Source: Octopus sinensis (Eukaryota). From it: a DNA stretch of 64,000 nt. The notes beneath the pieces were generated by a model. It was not told the DNA's origin. It saw only the letters and a list, made by a program, of their open reading frames with translations, and made no database searches. The stretch is taken from positions 16,926,001-16,990,000 of the forward strand of contig NC_043013.1 of NCBI RefSeq assembly GCF_006345805.1. Reading direction: 5' to 3'. This document shows, piece by piece, positions 61,975 to 64,000 of this stretch (positions within the stretch are counted from its first letter, which is position 1; each line of letters begins with the position of its first letter). Position numbers and translations under genes: made by a program.

Positions 61975-63059
61975 ACACGTATGTGAACTGTAGTGAATAG
62001 GATAAATACAACTAGTGATAGTATACATATTTGATATGAGTCCCCAAATGTGAAGAGTTCCACTTAGGATCCAGGATTACACTGACTAACAAAGGTTAAT
62101 GCCTTCTCCATCCTATCACTTTTTGGGTTACAAGTGCATGCTATGAATAAACTCATTCATTTAGCTCATGTTTGCCCTTCACACTCAGAGTTATCTTTCA
62201 ACAAAAATACATCAGAGCAGTATCTCCCTCTAAACTCTCACTCTCCACCCCAAGTGGAAATTGAAAAAGTTGATAAAAGCTGATAAGGGGCTAACTAAAG
62301 GAGTGTGTATGTCCTCAGTCTTTTTCCAGTCACATCCACCAATTAATCCCTTTTACTATCACATCCAGATAGAGGAAAATTGCCTGCCCTTCCTGGACAA
62401 AAGGTGCCAGTGAGATGATCTCTAAGAAGAACCTAAATATATGTAACAACAGTTGCTTCACAAAACTCTACAAGTCAACAATGCTTGTATGCTGAATGAG
62501 TTCATGCCATACAGCTAATGGCACTTCGTTGCCTGTAATGTTTATCTCAAAACAGCAATGCCTCCCCTATTCCCCCATAGCATTGCTACTTCAAGGGTTC
62601 TGGACATTGTCTATAGTCTCCAAACTGAAAATTCTCTGGAACAGACCAGCCAGTTGATTCGTCACGCCCCACTTTTCCAAGTATGTTGTCACTCTTTCCT
62701 ATCGTTAGTTCTTGGTTAAAATGCCAACAAGGAAGTCCCACTACCTGACTGAGAGAAGTCTGTGAGCATTTGGCATCATTGCCAATGCCAGATAGTCAGT
62801 TTTGGTCTTCATTCAATCTAGGACTGTAACCACAAAGATGTGAGCTTTTTAGAATAAAACTGTGCCAAAGCGCAACTGCATCTGCTCTTCATCCAGAAAT
62901 TTCTGAAGGTGCCACAGCAATGGTGTATGTCTGCATGTCATCGGTCACAGAATACTGAACTTTTAGCAGAGATAGTGTTGGCAGCAAATGGACAGTTTGA
63001 CAGTGGAACATGTCTCTTATACAAGAAGCAAGAGTACACATTCTAATCTAATCAGGTGA

Positions 63060-63985
63060 TTATATCAGTGTTTGGTTCATCAGTGAATCTACCACAGCAT
63101 CTCTTATGTGTCCATAGTTTACACTGGGTGCAGCAAATGGTATTTCTTCCAATTCCTTTACTACATATGGAGCAAGGCCTTTTACCTGATGGAAAGAAAG
63201 TTTTATCTTCTTTCTTACTAACAACCACTTTTGTCATAGCTAGGTTAACTTTAAGGCCCTTTGATTTCAGGTTTTGTTTCCATACCTGGAATTTCTTCTC
63301 TAATTTTGCTAAAGATTCTGCAATAAGAGCAAAGTCATCTGCAAATAGTAGTTCCCATGGGCACCTAGTTTTGAATTCCTCTGTTATGGCCTGGAGGACT
63401 ATAATGAATAAGAATGGGCTGAGAACTGAGCCCTGGTGAACCCCTACCTAAATGCTGAATTCATCACTGTATTCATGGCTGACACTCACCTTCCTGACAG
63501 CACCACTATACATGGCTTGGGCAGCTCTAACAAGCCATTCTTCTACTCCTAACTTCTTTAGAGACCACCATATAACAGAGCGGGGAACTCTGTCGAAAGC
63601 TGTCTCCCGGTCAACAAAGGCTAAATACAATGGCTTACTTTTGACCAAGTACTTTTCCTACTGCTGTCTCACCAGGAAGATAGCATCTGTGGTACTCTTT
63701 CCAGATACAAAACCAAACTGCATCTCATCTAGTTTAATTCTATTTCTAATCAGTTGATCTTTAACCCTCTCAGTAATTTTCATGGCTTGGTCTAGCAGTT
63801 TAATACCTCTGTAGTTGTTTTCATCTAAGGCATCACCTTTACCCTTGTAGCAGCTAATTATAATGCTACTACACCAGTCATTGGGGATGCTGCCTTCCTG
63901 AATAACCTGATTAACTATACAAGTGACTAAGCTGCATCTCACACCACTGGAAATTTTAATCATCTTGGCAGTGATTCCTGATGTG
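63060..63985 (-). mobile_element. Degenerate RTE-clade LINE reverse transcriptase
   Basis: YKGKGDALDENNYRGIKLL, QFGFVSGKSTTDAIF, AFDRVPR, GVHQGSVLSPFLF, WELLFADD and GKRPCSICSKGIGRNTICCTQCKLWTHKRC, with a frameshift and stops. Confidence 0.9.
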
Positions 63986-64000
63986 TGTATACATATATAT

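Noticed and set aside
62350-63050. GC-richer stretch next to the RTE LINE as a host exon or Tc1 remnant
   Set aside because: All frames are broken and only faint DES/MLWG-like hints appear, so it cannot be assigned without a translated search.

Overview
AT-rich, repeat-saturated eukaryotic DNA. The SINE/LINE families resemble octopus (coleoid cephalopod) repeats; this species call is from recall, not a database search. Most ORFs in the supplied track are artefacts of (TA)n/(CA)n microsatellites or SINEs. One protein-coding gene is well supported: a minus-strand glycosyltransferase family 92 (DUF23/galt-1-like) type II membrane protein with a large exon at 24563-25829 and a probable 38-nt coding first exon at 31879-31916. 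Weaker candidates are two upstream in-phase exons (35159-35284, 44350-44436) and two exons ending in a GPI/TM-like tail (59795-60556). The rest is TE debris: three tRNA-type SINE families, RTE and RLE (R4/Dong-like) LINE fragments, Tc1/mariner and piggyBac-type MITEs, Helitron RepHel fossils and one intact non-autonomous Helitron. Many are nested with readable target-site duplications (TSDs). The most unusual signals are (i) a minimal hammerhead-ribozyme-like fold with a G3-C8 core swap at the centre of a 227-bp foldback, (ii) Asn instead of Asp in the GT92 DxD motif at a codon that A-to-I editing could restore, (iii) a possible upstream ORF overlapping the GT92 start in another frame, and (iv) a SINE that repeatedly inserts at GTATT-like sites, including into itself. 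All alignments and translations were done by eye. Splice models and family names need RNA-seq and database confirmation.
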